In this document: positions 1-8,643 of the stretch, in pieces | Position numbering within the stretch: position 1 is the stretch's first letter | Layout of the letters: every line of letters begins with the position of its first letter | Source: an uncultured Candidatus Saccharibacteria bacterium | GTDB taxonomy: Bacteria > Patescibacteriota > Dojkabacteria > SC72 > WJKH01 | DNA length: 64,000 nt | Assembly (NCBI GenBank): GCA_964602665.1 | Contig: CAZRRH010000001.1 | Location: 72,414 to 136,413, forward strand | Reading direction: 5' to 3' | Notes under the pieces: generated by a model | The model's input: only the letters and a program-made list of their open reading frames with translations | What the model was told of the DNA's origin: nothing | Databases searched by the model: none | Made by a program: the position numbers and the translations under genes

Positions 1-633
1 GCTATTAGAGCCAACAATTTCGTTCTTCTCGATTTCCTCATCAATCCAATCCAGCTCTTTATTCCCATAGGTCAGTAATATTGCATTTGAATAGCTGTAG
101 TATTGCTTATGAAAAGACTCTAAATCAGCTTTCTGCAGTTTTGTTATAGCTTCTTTGTCTCCGATGGTCTCGTGAGAATAACCTGTCCCCTTATAAAGCC
201 ATTTCTGCATTTTTTCATTAATCTCAAAATACGGTTTATCTTTAATCATCCTAAGCTCCTCAAGTATAATTCCTCGCTCCTTTTCAATATCTTTGGGACG
301 AAGCAATGGGGCAAAAACTCGATCATGTAAAATATCAAAAGCCTGCTTGCTATTTTCCGGTGTAGAAGTTATGTAATAAACAGTGTTGCTACACCATGTC
401 CAAGCGTTTTCTTGTAATCCAAGTTTTTCTCTTAATTTACCAAGCTCTTCCCGGTCAGGATATTTAACAGAACCGTTAAAAAGCATATGCTCCAGAAAGT
501 GAGCTAGCCCATGTACTTTCTCATCACTTGAACCTGCATTTAACAAAAATGCTTGAGTTACATTCTGGGCAAATGGTACTTTAAAATGAACATGCTTAAG
601 CCCGTTTTTGTATTTCTTTACTAACATTTCCAT
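1..633 (-). CDS. M16 (insulinase/pitrilysin) family Zn peptidase, catalytic subunit; 3' part runs off the window
   Basis: Not in the ORF track. Manual translation from ATG at 633 gives MEMLVKKYKNGLK...NAGSSDEKVHGLAHFLEHMLFNGS, containing the inverted Zn motif HxxEH. Confidence 0.9.
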   Translation of the reverse strand, partial: MEMLVKKYKNGLKHVHFKVPFAQNVTQAFLLNAGSSDEKVHGLAHFLEHMLFNGSVKYPDREELGKLREKLGLQENAWTWCSNTVYYITSTPENSKQAFDILHDRVFAPLLRPKDIEKERGIILEELRMIKDKPYFEINEKMQKWLYKGTGYSHETIGDKEAITKLQKADLESFHKQYYSYSNAILLTYGNKELDWIDEEIEKNEIVGSNS

Positions 634-1696
634 AAACAAAATTTACACCTTCTAGCTTAAATACTTCTTTGTAGTACTGTATTATCTGCTCCTTTGAGAT
701 GCCTTGAATGCTTTTTATACACTCATCAATATTTTTAATTCTTGGATAATTATGTACACAGAAAGAGAATAAAGATTCTGAATTTCCTTTTATTTCAAGA
801 AAAACTGTTTTTGCAGATTCTTTAGCCTCTTCAATTTCAAATTCCCCTTTTAAAATCTGTCTTCTAACTTTATCCGTTATTTCAATAACTTTATTAACAT
901 TAGCTTCATTTACGCCGCAGCAAAAGTAAAAAAGGCCTTCGTCTAGCCAACATTTATGGGATACAAAAGCAAAATAAGCCAAAGATCTTTTTTCTCTCAC
1001 TTCTTGCATATAGATTCCTCCCAAAGCACTATTTGATAAAACGCTTGTAGCTATAACCTGCTTCACAGGATCAAAGCTCTCCTTGCCTCCTGTCTTATGT
1101 CCTATTAGAACGATTTTTTGATCGACTTTGGCAGGAATAAAAACTGTTTTATTTTCTGTTTTTGCCACTTTTTTATATTTAAATGCCTTGCCAATTTTTT
1201 TTATTTTTAGATTTGACGCTGTATTTGTATAATAAATGGCCTTGTTGCTGTTCATCTTTTTTATTAAACTATTTACTTCATCAAGCGTAATTTTTTTTAC
1301 ATCTTTTATTACTCCATAAGGACTATTTTGACCTAAGACAAGATTTACAAATTTATTTCTAGCATCTGCTCTCGGATCATTGCTTTCCGCTTTGATTTGT
1401 AAAACGACTTGCTCTTTTGCCCTTTTTAATATTTTTTCACTAACATAATCTAATTTATCAGACAAATTATATTTATTACCAGAAATAGTCTTAAAAATTT
1501 GATAAACCCTATCTCTTCCTAGAGAAAATTCTGATAAAACCCCTTTTCTTTCAAGTTCTAAACCACTTTTTCTTGTCGCCTGTGATATTTCCAGTGCAGC
1601 AACAGTTACTGCTAAAAGGCCTGATTTGTAATCCGGGTCATCTCTTGTCCCAATAAAATACTCTATTAGTTTGTAATCCATTAAAAAATCTTTCAT
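596..1696 (-). CDS. M16 peptidase-like protein without HxxEH (probable non-catalytic partner)
   Basis: C-terminal M16-type segment 'GGIYMQEVREKRSLAY'; no HxxEH; overlaps the downstream M16 gene by 38 bp. Confidence 0.75.
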   Translation of the reverse strand: MKDFLMDYKLIEYFIGTRDDPDYKSGLLAVTVAALEISQATRKSGLELERKGVLSEFSLGRDRVYQIFKTISGNKYNLSDKLDYVSEKILKRAKEQVVLQIKAESNDPRADARNKFVNLVLGQNSPYGVIKDVKKITLDEVNSLIKKMNSNKAIYYTNTASNLKIKKIGKAFKYKKVAKTENKTVFIPAKVDQKIVLIGHKTGGKESFDPVKQVIATSVLSNSALGGIYMQEVREKRSLAYFAFVSHKCWLDEGLFYFCCGVNEANVNKVIEITDKVRRQILKGEFEIEEAKESAKTVFLEIKGNSESLFSFCVHNYPRIKNIDECIKSIQGISKEQIIQYYKEVFKLEGVNFVYGNVSKEIQKRA

Positions 1697-2268
1697 ATTT
1701 TTTCAAGCACTTTTTTTAAATTCGCGAAATCATTTATTAAGGTTTGTCTCATACTTCCATTGTATAGTGCAACGGCTGGATGATAAGATGCAAAAACGAT
1801 TTTATCCTTTATTATTGGGTCATCAACTTCACATTTAAAAAATCTCCCATGTGCTTGAGAAATTTGCACTCCGGGAACAAGTTTACCAAGCGCATGTTTG
1901 CCAAGTGGAACAAATATCTTAGGCGCTATTATCTGAATTTGCTTATCAAGCCAATATTTGCAAGTCTCCTTCTCTGTTTCCGACGGCTCTCGATTCTGCG
2001 GGGGACGACATTTAATCATATTGGCAATATAAATTTCATCTCTTGATAATCCAATACTCTCAAGCATCACATTTAGAAATTTACCAGCAGCGCCAACAAA
2101 TGGCTCGCCTAATTGATCTTCTTTAGCTCCAGGAGCTTCTCCAATAAACATGACTTTGCTTTTTATATTACCTTTACCGGGAACTACTTGAACTGCACCT
2201 TTGCGCAAAGCACATTTCGTACACGCTTTACACTGATTATAAAATTGATCGTATTTCTGACTTTCCAT
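1693..2268 (-). CDS. udg: Uracil-DNA glycosylase family 4 (4Fe-4S)
   Basis: CTKC, GEAPG, KCRPP and YHPA motifs; start placed at MESQK (2268) to avoid overlap with the upstream gene (track start 2301). Confidence 0.92.
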   Translation of the reverse strand: MESQKYDQFYNQCKACTKCALRKGAVQVVPGKGNIKSKVMFIGEAPGAKEDQLGEPFVGAAGKFLNVMLESIGLSRDEIYIANMIKCRPPQNREPSETEKETCKYWLDKQIQIIAPKIFVPLGKHALGKLVPGVQISQAHGRFFKCEVDDPIIKDKIVFASYHPAVALYNGSMRQTLINDFANLKKVLEKI

Positions 2269-2269
2269 T

Positions 2270-3388
2270 TTATGATAATGGTCCCTGATCAGGGAGTACA
2301 AATTCCCTTATATTCTCCTGCGAAATTACAAGTGGTTTAGCTGCTCCCTCTAAAATCTTTCTTGCTGCCTTGCGTACCATAGTTGTAAGGTTTCTCTCAA
2401 GCTGACGAAGTCCCGCATCAAATCCAACAGGTCGTATAAGGACAGGCCAAACATCATCGTTTAAGACAATATCACCTTTTTTAAGTCCGGCATTCTCGAT
2501 AATTTTAGGAAACGCATATTGCTTTGCGATAACTTCCTTCTCCTCGTCAGAGTAGCTTACAAATCTGATTACCTCTAGCCTATCCATTAAAGCCGCAGAA
2601 AGTGTCCCTAAGTTATTTGCAGTGCAGATAAAAAACACTTTGGAAAGATTAACGGGATAATCTATATATTGATCGACAAAATGATGATTTTGTTCAGGAT
2701 CTAATATTTCGAGTAGCGTTGCCATAATATCACTTAGCAGTCCTTGATTTCCGCTGGCTTTGTCTATCTCGTCTAGTAACATCACAGGATTAAAAGTTTT
2801 TGCTCTTATTAACCCCTTTATTATATATCCTGGCTCTGCATTTGGGACATTTTTAAGCTGACCTCGTAGTGCAGATGCACTTCCTATTGCTCCAAGCGGA
2901 ACTCGCACAAACTCTCTACCCATAGCATCTGCAATAGATTTAGCAATGCTTGTTTTACCCACGCCCTGCAATCCGACAAAAAGCATAACAGGAGCATTTG
3001 CAGATGATCCTCTAAGATTTGCTATTACAGGTTCTGATGGAGTAATCTCAGGCTGTTGGTTCAGTTTCTTAAGATTCATAATTGCAAGGTAATCAAGGAT
3101 CAGCTCTTTTACTGTATCCATACCAAAATGCGTACTATCCATTATATTCCTGGCGTTTTTGATGTCCAGATTATCCTGCGTAACTACCCCCCACGGTATT
3201 TGTGTTATCCATTCAATATATTTGGAAATCGTTTCGTAATCATTTGAATAGCTTCCCATTTTTGCCATTCTTCTTAGTCTGTCGACATTTCTTTCGGCAT
3301 AGTCTTTGAGATCTGATGGAACAGCAGATTGAGCAACTTTTGTTGATAATTGTTCTATTTCTTCTATATAATCAGGGCTGTTTTGCAT
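2270..3388 (-). CDS. Lon-like AAA+ ATPase lacking the Lon N-domain and protease domain
   Basis: Lon-type segments 'YIEWITQIPW', 'MDSTHFGMDTVKELIL', Walker A GLQGVGKT, Walker B LLDEIDK, 'LLEILDPEQN', 'ALMDRLE'; ends at 372 aa before any Ser-Lys domain. Confidence 0.85.
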   Translation of the reverse strand: MQNSPDYIEEIEQLSTKVAQSAVPSDLKDYAERNVDRLRRMAKMGSYSNDYETISKYIEWITQIPWGVVTQDNLDIKNARNIMDSTHFGMDTVKELILDYLAIMNLKKLNQQPEITPSEPVIANLRGSSANAPVMLFVGLQGVGKTSIAKSIADAMGREFVRVPLGAIGSASALRGQLKNVPNAEPGYIIKGLIRAKTFNPVMLLDEIDKASGNQGLLSDIMATLLEILDPEQNHHFVDQYIDYPVNLSKVFFICTANNLGTLSAALMDRLEVIRFVSYSDEEKEVIAKQYAFPKIIENAGLKKGDIVLNDDVWPVLIRPVGFDAGLRQLERNLTTMVRKAARKILEGAAKPLVISQENIREFVLPDQGPLS

Positions 3389-3442
3389 TGCAATTTTATT
3401 TAAATTATGGTATAATTTAGTGTTACCTCCATTATATCATAT

Positions 3443-5272
3443 ATGAAGAAAAAAACGGTCAAACCATCGCTTAAAAAAACTCTTAGCAATGTCGCTTGGG
3501 TATATAAGCAGTTTTATTCTATTAACAAGTTAGATACGGTTCTTATTACGCTGCTTCCTTTCCTAATGGCGCTAATCCCAATTATAAACTCATATCTTTG
3601 GGCAAAAGTCATTGACGGATTAATAAATCTTACAAAATTAGACATTGGCACTTTTGAACAATTTCTAAAAGAGACAGATATTGCATATGTAATTATTTTT
3701 TATTCTTTAATTTCATTTGTAGGTGGACTTTTTTATAGGATCGATAGCTATGTTGATAGACGATTTTACGACATTCATCTAGATGTTTTTCGAATGAACT
3801 TGACCAAGAAATTGGCAACCTTAGATGTCGCATCTACAGAGAATCAGAAAATTTATAAATTAATCCTTAAAGGGCGAGATAATTTATATAAAATTAATAG
3901 TTATATTGACAATTTCTCTGATATTTTTATCAATATAATCCAGTTAATTACTAACTCTGTTATTATAATAGCATTTTCACCTCTCCTCTATATTGTATTT
4001 TTTGTTTTAATAATTCCAGAAAGCCTATTTCAAAGAAAATATACACAAAAAAAATGGGACTTTTACAACACAAACGCAGAGTTAAATGGAAAGATTTATT
4101 GGTTGGAGGGTAGTTTACAAAGTATTTATAACCGATCTGAACATGTAATAAACTCAGCCACAAATTTTCTTTATAAAATGTATAAAAATATGCGTCTTGA
4201 TTATCTCAAACGAGAATTTGCAATTGAGAAATGGATTTACAACAAAAGAGCATTATTGGATATCACCTCTTTGTTTAAAGATATGTTTTCAATTTACTTT
4301 TTTATAAACAAACTTTTACAAAAGGCTATAACAATTGGAGATTTAACATTTTTATCTGGCAGAATCAGTCAATTCTCTGGTAATTTAACGCGAATAAGTA
4401 GCAATATAATAAAACTTACAGACGCAAATATCGAAATTGACACTTTAAGAGATATTTATGCTTTAGAACCAATCATTAAATCAGGTAATTTGCCTCTTAT
4501 TCAGAAAGACCCTCCAAAAATTGAATTTAAAAATGTTTGGTTTAAATATCCCGATTCAGAAAAGTATGTTTTAAAGGATATAAATCTTACGATTAACCAT
4601 CTTGATGAAATTGCCTTTGTGGGTGAAAATGGTGCAGGCAAAACCACACTTATAAAACTGCTTTTAAGAACTTATGACCCTACAAAAGGAGAAATATTGT
4701 TAAATGGCGTAAATATAAAAGAGTTTATTCTCGAACAGTATTTATCTCTATTTGGTGTCCTGTTACAAAGATTTAATGCTTATAGTGAGCTCGATGTTAA
4801 AACAAATATTGCAATTAGCAGACCAAACGATAGGCTTGATATGGAAAAAGTCATCGAAGCGTCAAAGAAAGCAGATGCATACGATTTTATTCAGAAACTT
4901 GATAATAAATTTAATCAGATTTTAGCAAAACAGCTCGAAAACGGAACAGAACTATCGGGTGGACAATGGCAGAAAATTGCCTTTGCAAGGCTGTTTTATC
5001 GCAATGCACCTATTATGATTATGGATGAAGCCACAAGCGCTATTGATGCAGAAGCTGAAGAAAGAATTTTTACTAAACTGTACGAAACTGTCAACGACAA
5101 AATCGTCATTTTAATTTCTCATCGTTTTGCAACTGTTCGCCATGCTAAAAGGATTTTTGTGATAGAAGACGGTAAAATTTCAGAACAAGGGTCACATAAG
5201 CAACTGCTTGATTTAGAAGGTAAATACGCAAGGATGTTTAAATCTCAAGCAAAGGGCTATGTTAATGAGTAG
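3443..5272 (+). CDS. ABC exporter, fused permease and ATP-binding domains
   Basis: N-terminal TM helices; GENGAGKT, LSGGQWQ, MDEATS, ISHR. Confidence 0.92.
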   Translation: MKKKTVKPSLKKTLSNVAWVYKQFYSINKLDTVLITLLPFLMALIPIINSYLWAKVIDGLINLTKLDIGTFEQFLKETDIAYVIIFYSLISFVGGLFYRIDSYVDRRFYDIHLDVFRMNLTKKLATLDVASTENQKIYKLILKGRDNLYKINSYIDNFSDIFINIIQLITNSVIIIAFSPLLYIVFFVLIIPESLFQRKYTQKKWDFYNTNAELNGKIYWLEGSLQSIYNRSEHVINSATNFLYKMYKNMRLDYLKREFAIEKWIYNKRALLDITSLFKDMFSIYFFINKLLQKAITIGDLTFLSGRISQFSGNLTRISSNIIKLTDANIEIDTLRDIYALEPIIKSGNLPLIQKDPPKIEFKNVWFKYPDSEKYVLKDINLTINHLDEIAFVGENGAGKTTLIKLLLRTYDPTKGEILLNGVNIKEFILEQYLSLFGVLLQRFNAYSELDVKTNIAISRPNDRLDMEKVIEASKKADAYDFIQKLDNKFNQILAKQLENGTELSGGQWQKIAFARLFYRNAPIMIMDEATSAIDAEAEERIFTKLYETVNDKIVILISHRFATVRHAKRIFVIEDGKISEQGSHKQLLDLEGKYARMFKSQAKGYVNE

Positions 5273-5285
5273 TTACATGAAATTT

Positions 5286-6290
5286 CTATTCGATATTTAC
5301 TATTATCCCATCCTCCCCTTCAAACCGAATAAATTGGTGCATATAATCTATTATTAAATCAGAAAGAATTTTTCCTCCATGATTTGTAACATGGACACCA
5401 TCAGAAGACTTCACATAAGCAACATTGCCATCGTCATCGGCTAGTGTTGGAGAGTACTTTCCATCGACAGCAAATCTTTCCCAACTATTTACATAATACA
5501 CATTTGCATACTCCTGTGAAACTTCATCGTAAATCTTGTTCATCCGCAAGAATTTGTTGTGAAAATTCTCAGTTCTAGGAATTGGGTGACCTATCCAATA
5601 AATCTGTTTAAATTTCGGAGAAAATTCTTCGAGATAATTTTTTACTCTCTCTCTATATACAACATCCCAAGAATCACTATTTAACAAAACAGCGTTGCCA
5701 TTTGAATCTCTTATCCCTTGCCCGTCATTTGCTCCCACCATTATTACCAAGACATCAGGGCTATGTGAATTTATAAGCTCCCGAGTTTTTGCATACCAAT
5801 CAAAATAATCAATACGGTTAAGGCCTGTAGAATATTTGCCAAATCGTACAGTTGTAAATCCTTCATAAGATTTTAACCGATTCTCAAATTGAGGACCAAA
5901 GCCTTCTAGTATCATTGAATCACCGATAATTAAAATTTTTATCGGAGCAGAAAGGAGTGGATCTTCTTCGATCTTTTCTTGCTGGGCTTCTACTTCCTTT
6001 ACCTCTTCGGTTATTTCGACATTATCTCGTTCGGTTACCAACTGATTGTAGCTCTCACAAAAAGATAAAGAAGTCTGTTTTGAATCATCCGCAGAAGAAT
6101 TGCCTTTTATTTTCCTCCAAGCACTATCTTCAAAAGACAGAATTTTTATAAGTGAGTTATCCTGCTTTTCACAAGTAGATTGTTTATAGTTTTCTATAAG
6201 TTCAAAAAACTTCTCGTGCTCTAATATAAAAACGGGAATAAAGACAAGCATAACGATAACAATTATTTCAAAATCTTTTTTAATTTCCAT
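5286..6290 (-). CDS. SGNH/GDSL family protein (DUF459-like), probable O-acyltransferase partner of the MBOAT
   Basis: GDSM, STGL, GAND and DGVH blocks; N-terminal TM anchor; 3 bp downstream of the MBOAT gene. Confidence 0.8.
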   Translation of the reverse strand: MEIKKDFEIIVIVMLVFIPVFILEHEKFFELIENYKQSTCEKQDNSLIKILSFEDSAWRKIKGNSSADDSKQTSLSFCESYNQLVTERDNVEITEEVKEVEAQQEKIEEDPLLSAPIKILIIGDSMILEGFGPQFENRLKSYEGFTTVRFGKYSTGLNRIDYFDWYAKTRELINSHSPDVLVIMVGANDGQGIRDSNGNAVLLNSDSWDVVYRERVKNYLEEFSPKFKQIYWIGHPIPRTENFHNKFLRMNKIYDEVSQEYANVYYVNSWERFAVDGKYSPTLADDDGNVAYVKSSDGVHVTNHGGKILSDLIIDYMHQFIRFEGEDGIIVNIE

Positions 6291-6293
6291 AAT

Positions 6294-7802
6294 TTAAAAA
6301 CTAAAATAAATAAATGGCGGCACAGTATCTGGTCCAAATTTCAATATTAAATAAAATAGCACAAAAATTATTATACTCGTAACAACAATTGATTTCTCGT
6401 TTAAAATTTTTTGTAAACTTTCTTTTAATTTTGTTTCAAAAAAGTTTAATAAAATCACTATTATTATAAGTAAAATCACGACAAAAGGAACAGTATTAAT
6501 ATTCGTCTTATTAAAATTCAATATATTGTTAATAAAAATTTTTGCAGTATCAAAATCTTTGCTGTTAAAAAATATCCAAGAAAATGTCACTGAGAGAAAA
6601 GTCATTATAATGCCAACAGGAACAAATATCTTGGTGACTTTAGTCGACAATGGATGCTTTTTTGTAATATCTTCAATAATATTTGAGATTACCGAACCAA
6701 TCGTATGTATAAACCCCCAAATAATAAAATTTAGCGTCAGTCCATGCCAAAGTCCACTTATGCTCATTGTTATAAGTATATTTACATATTTTCTTAGTTG
6801 ACCTTCTTTATTGCCACCAAGTGGTATATAAACATATGTTTTAAACCAATCCGACAAAGATATATGCCATCTTCTCCAAAAATCTTTAAATCCTAAAGCC
6901 TGATACGGCATGTTGAAATTAGCTGGAGCAGGAAAACCTAAAAGCTTCGCCAAAGCAATTGAGATATCACTATATCCACTAAAATCAGCATAAAGCATTG
7001 CAGAATATCCAAAAGCGCCAAAAAGCAAATCTATCCATGAAAAATTTGCCGGTGCAGAAAAAGCCCCATAAACAAAATCATACAAAAGACTAGCTATTAA
7101 AAATTTTTTGAAAAATCCAAACAAAATTCCTGTAAATATCTCACCTCTTGAATACATACAAGAATTATCCTGAGGAACTACTTTTTCATAAGAATTCTCT
7201 ATGGCTTGACCTTCTTGTCCTGTAGAAAAATATTCTCCCGCCTTAACAATTGGCCCAGAGATGATTTGAGGGAAAAACATCACATAATTTATATAATCTA
7301 TAAACCTTGGCAAATAAAGCTTTTTATTATACAAATCTATTGCGAGAGAAAGAAGGCGAAATGTGTAAAATGACACTCCAATCGGGGCCAATATTTCAAA
7401 ATTTATTGGAATTGAATTTTTAAAAAACTCTATTTTTAAAAGCGACGCAATTATGTTTGACGAATATTTAAAAAAAACAAGAAATACTATATTGAAAATT
7501 ATTGTAAAGCTAAGCACTGCTTTCTTCTCTCGCTTTATTCGCGCCTCTGAAAGAATTGTTTCGCTTTTTATTATTTTTTTTAATATTCTCGTACCTTTTG
7601 ACTCAAGAAGTTTGAGTAAAAGATAATTGATTATTAAAGAAATCAATAGAATTAGCAGATTTTTAAATCCAAATAATGAGTAAAAGAATATGTTTGCTAT
7701 TAAGATTAGGATTTTGTAATTCTTCTTTTCTGATTTAAACTGTATCGCAAAAAAGAATATTAAAACAAAAAAGAGGAAGAATTGTGTTGTTAAAAAATCC
7801 AT
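6294..7802 (-). CDS. MBOAT O-acyltransferase (AlgI/PatA/DltB-like)
   Basis: PIGVSFYTF, FFPQIISGPI, YADFSGYSD, DFWRRWHISLS, GLWHG; C-terminal FIYFSF. Confidence 0.93.
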   Translation of the reverse strand: MDFLTTQFFLFFVLIFFFAIQFKSEKKNYKILILIANIFFYSLFGFKNLLILLISLIINYLLLKLLESKGTRILKKIIKSETILSEARIKREKKAVLSFTIIFNIVFLVFFKYSSNIIASLLKIEFFKNSIPINFEILAPIGVSFYTFRLLSLAIDLYNKKLYLPRFIDYINYVMFFPQIISGPIVKAGEYFSTGQEGQAIENSYEKVVPQDNSCMYSRGEIFTGILFGFFKKFLIASLLYDFVYGAFSAPANFSWIDLLFGAFGYSAMLYADFSGYSDISIALAKLLGFPAPANFNMPYQALGFKDFWRRWHISLSDWFKTYVYIPLGGNKEGQLRKYVNILITMSISGLWHGLTLNFIIWGFIHTIGSVISNIIEDITKKHPLSTKVTKIFVPVGIIMTFLSVTFSWIFFNSKDFDTAKIFINNILNFNKTNINTVPFVVILLIIIVILLNFFETKLKESLQKILNEKSIVVTSIIIFVLFYLILKFGPDTVPPFIYFSF

Positions 7803-7979
7803 CCTCTTAATTTTACACTTTATTCATGCACAAAGCAATGATTGATAACTTTGCAATAAGGTTATGATTTTATTCCAGAACAATTATCCACTCCTTTTTC
7901 TTATAAAAACGGCTACTATTATTGTGAGAAATATCGCGGTCCTACAATATAGAGTCTTATAAGGTGTTTTACCACATTT

Positions 7980-8603
7980 CTAATGCGCTATTTTTATCTT
8001 TTTCTCTGAGCTTATCATAAAAATGCTTGATATTCCGACCCAAACCAAAAGCATAAAAACGCCAAATAATTCTGTATAAATTATCCTAAAATTACCGCCG
8101 AGAATAAATATAACCATCTGTCCTAGAATGCTTGTCAAACAGACAGAAATCATTGATAAAAAAATCTTTCTTCTTTGCCTTTTATAAGCTAAAACACATA
8201 CTAATATCATAACGGCGGGAAAACCAAACAAAAAAATCAGCGCGAATGTCCAATGAATAACTCTTTCCCAAGTCCACAAAGAGCTATTAGGCAAATTAAA
8301 AATTCCTACAAAAGAAACGCTTGCAGAGGTTATAATACCTAAAACTTTTAATATTCGCATTCCAATAAAGCGCTTAAGTATACCCCAATTGAACAAAGAA
8401 AAACCTATGCCTGAGATAAAAAGCATTGCATTAAAAAGCTCACTACTACTCATATCATCTCTCCCATAGTCGCTCAATGTGTCAATGTTATATGAAGAGG
8501 CTTCAAATGGAGGGTATTTTATAAAAAGGAATATAATTATTACTAAAAAGAAAGCTGTAACTAATAATCCTAAGAGAATATATGCCAAATTTCTTTTTCC
8601 CAT
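7980..8603 (-). CDS. Integral membrane protein (DUF998/Frag1-like)
   Basis: About six hydrophobic helices; 'TLSDYG', 'FVGIF' and 'IHW' motifs. Confidence 0.55.
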   Translation of the reverse strand: MGKRNLAYILLGLLVTAFFLVIIIFLFIKYPPFEASSYNIDTLSDYGRDDMSSSELFNAMLFISGIGFSLFNWGILKRFIGMRILKVLGIITSASVSFVGIFNLPNSSLWTWERVIHWTFALIFLFGFPAVMILVCVLAYKRQRRKIFLSMISVCLTSILGQMVIFILGGNFRIIYTELFGVFMLLVWVGISSIFMISSEKKIKIAH

Positions 8604-8643
8604 CTCACACAGCTTTTATATGTATTTAACTTCCCTTATAGTC

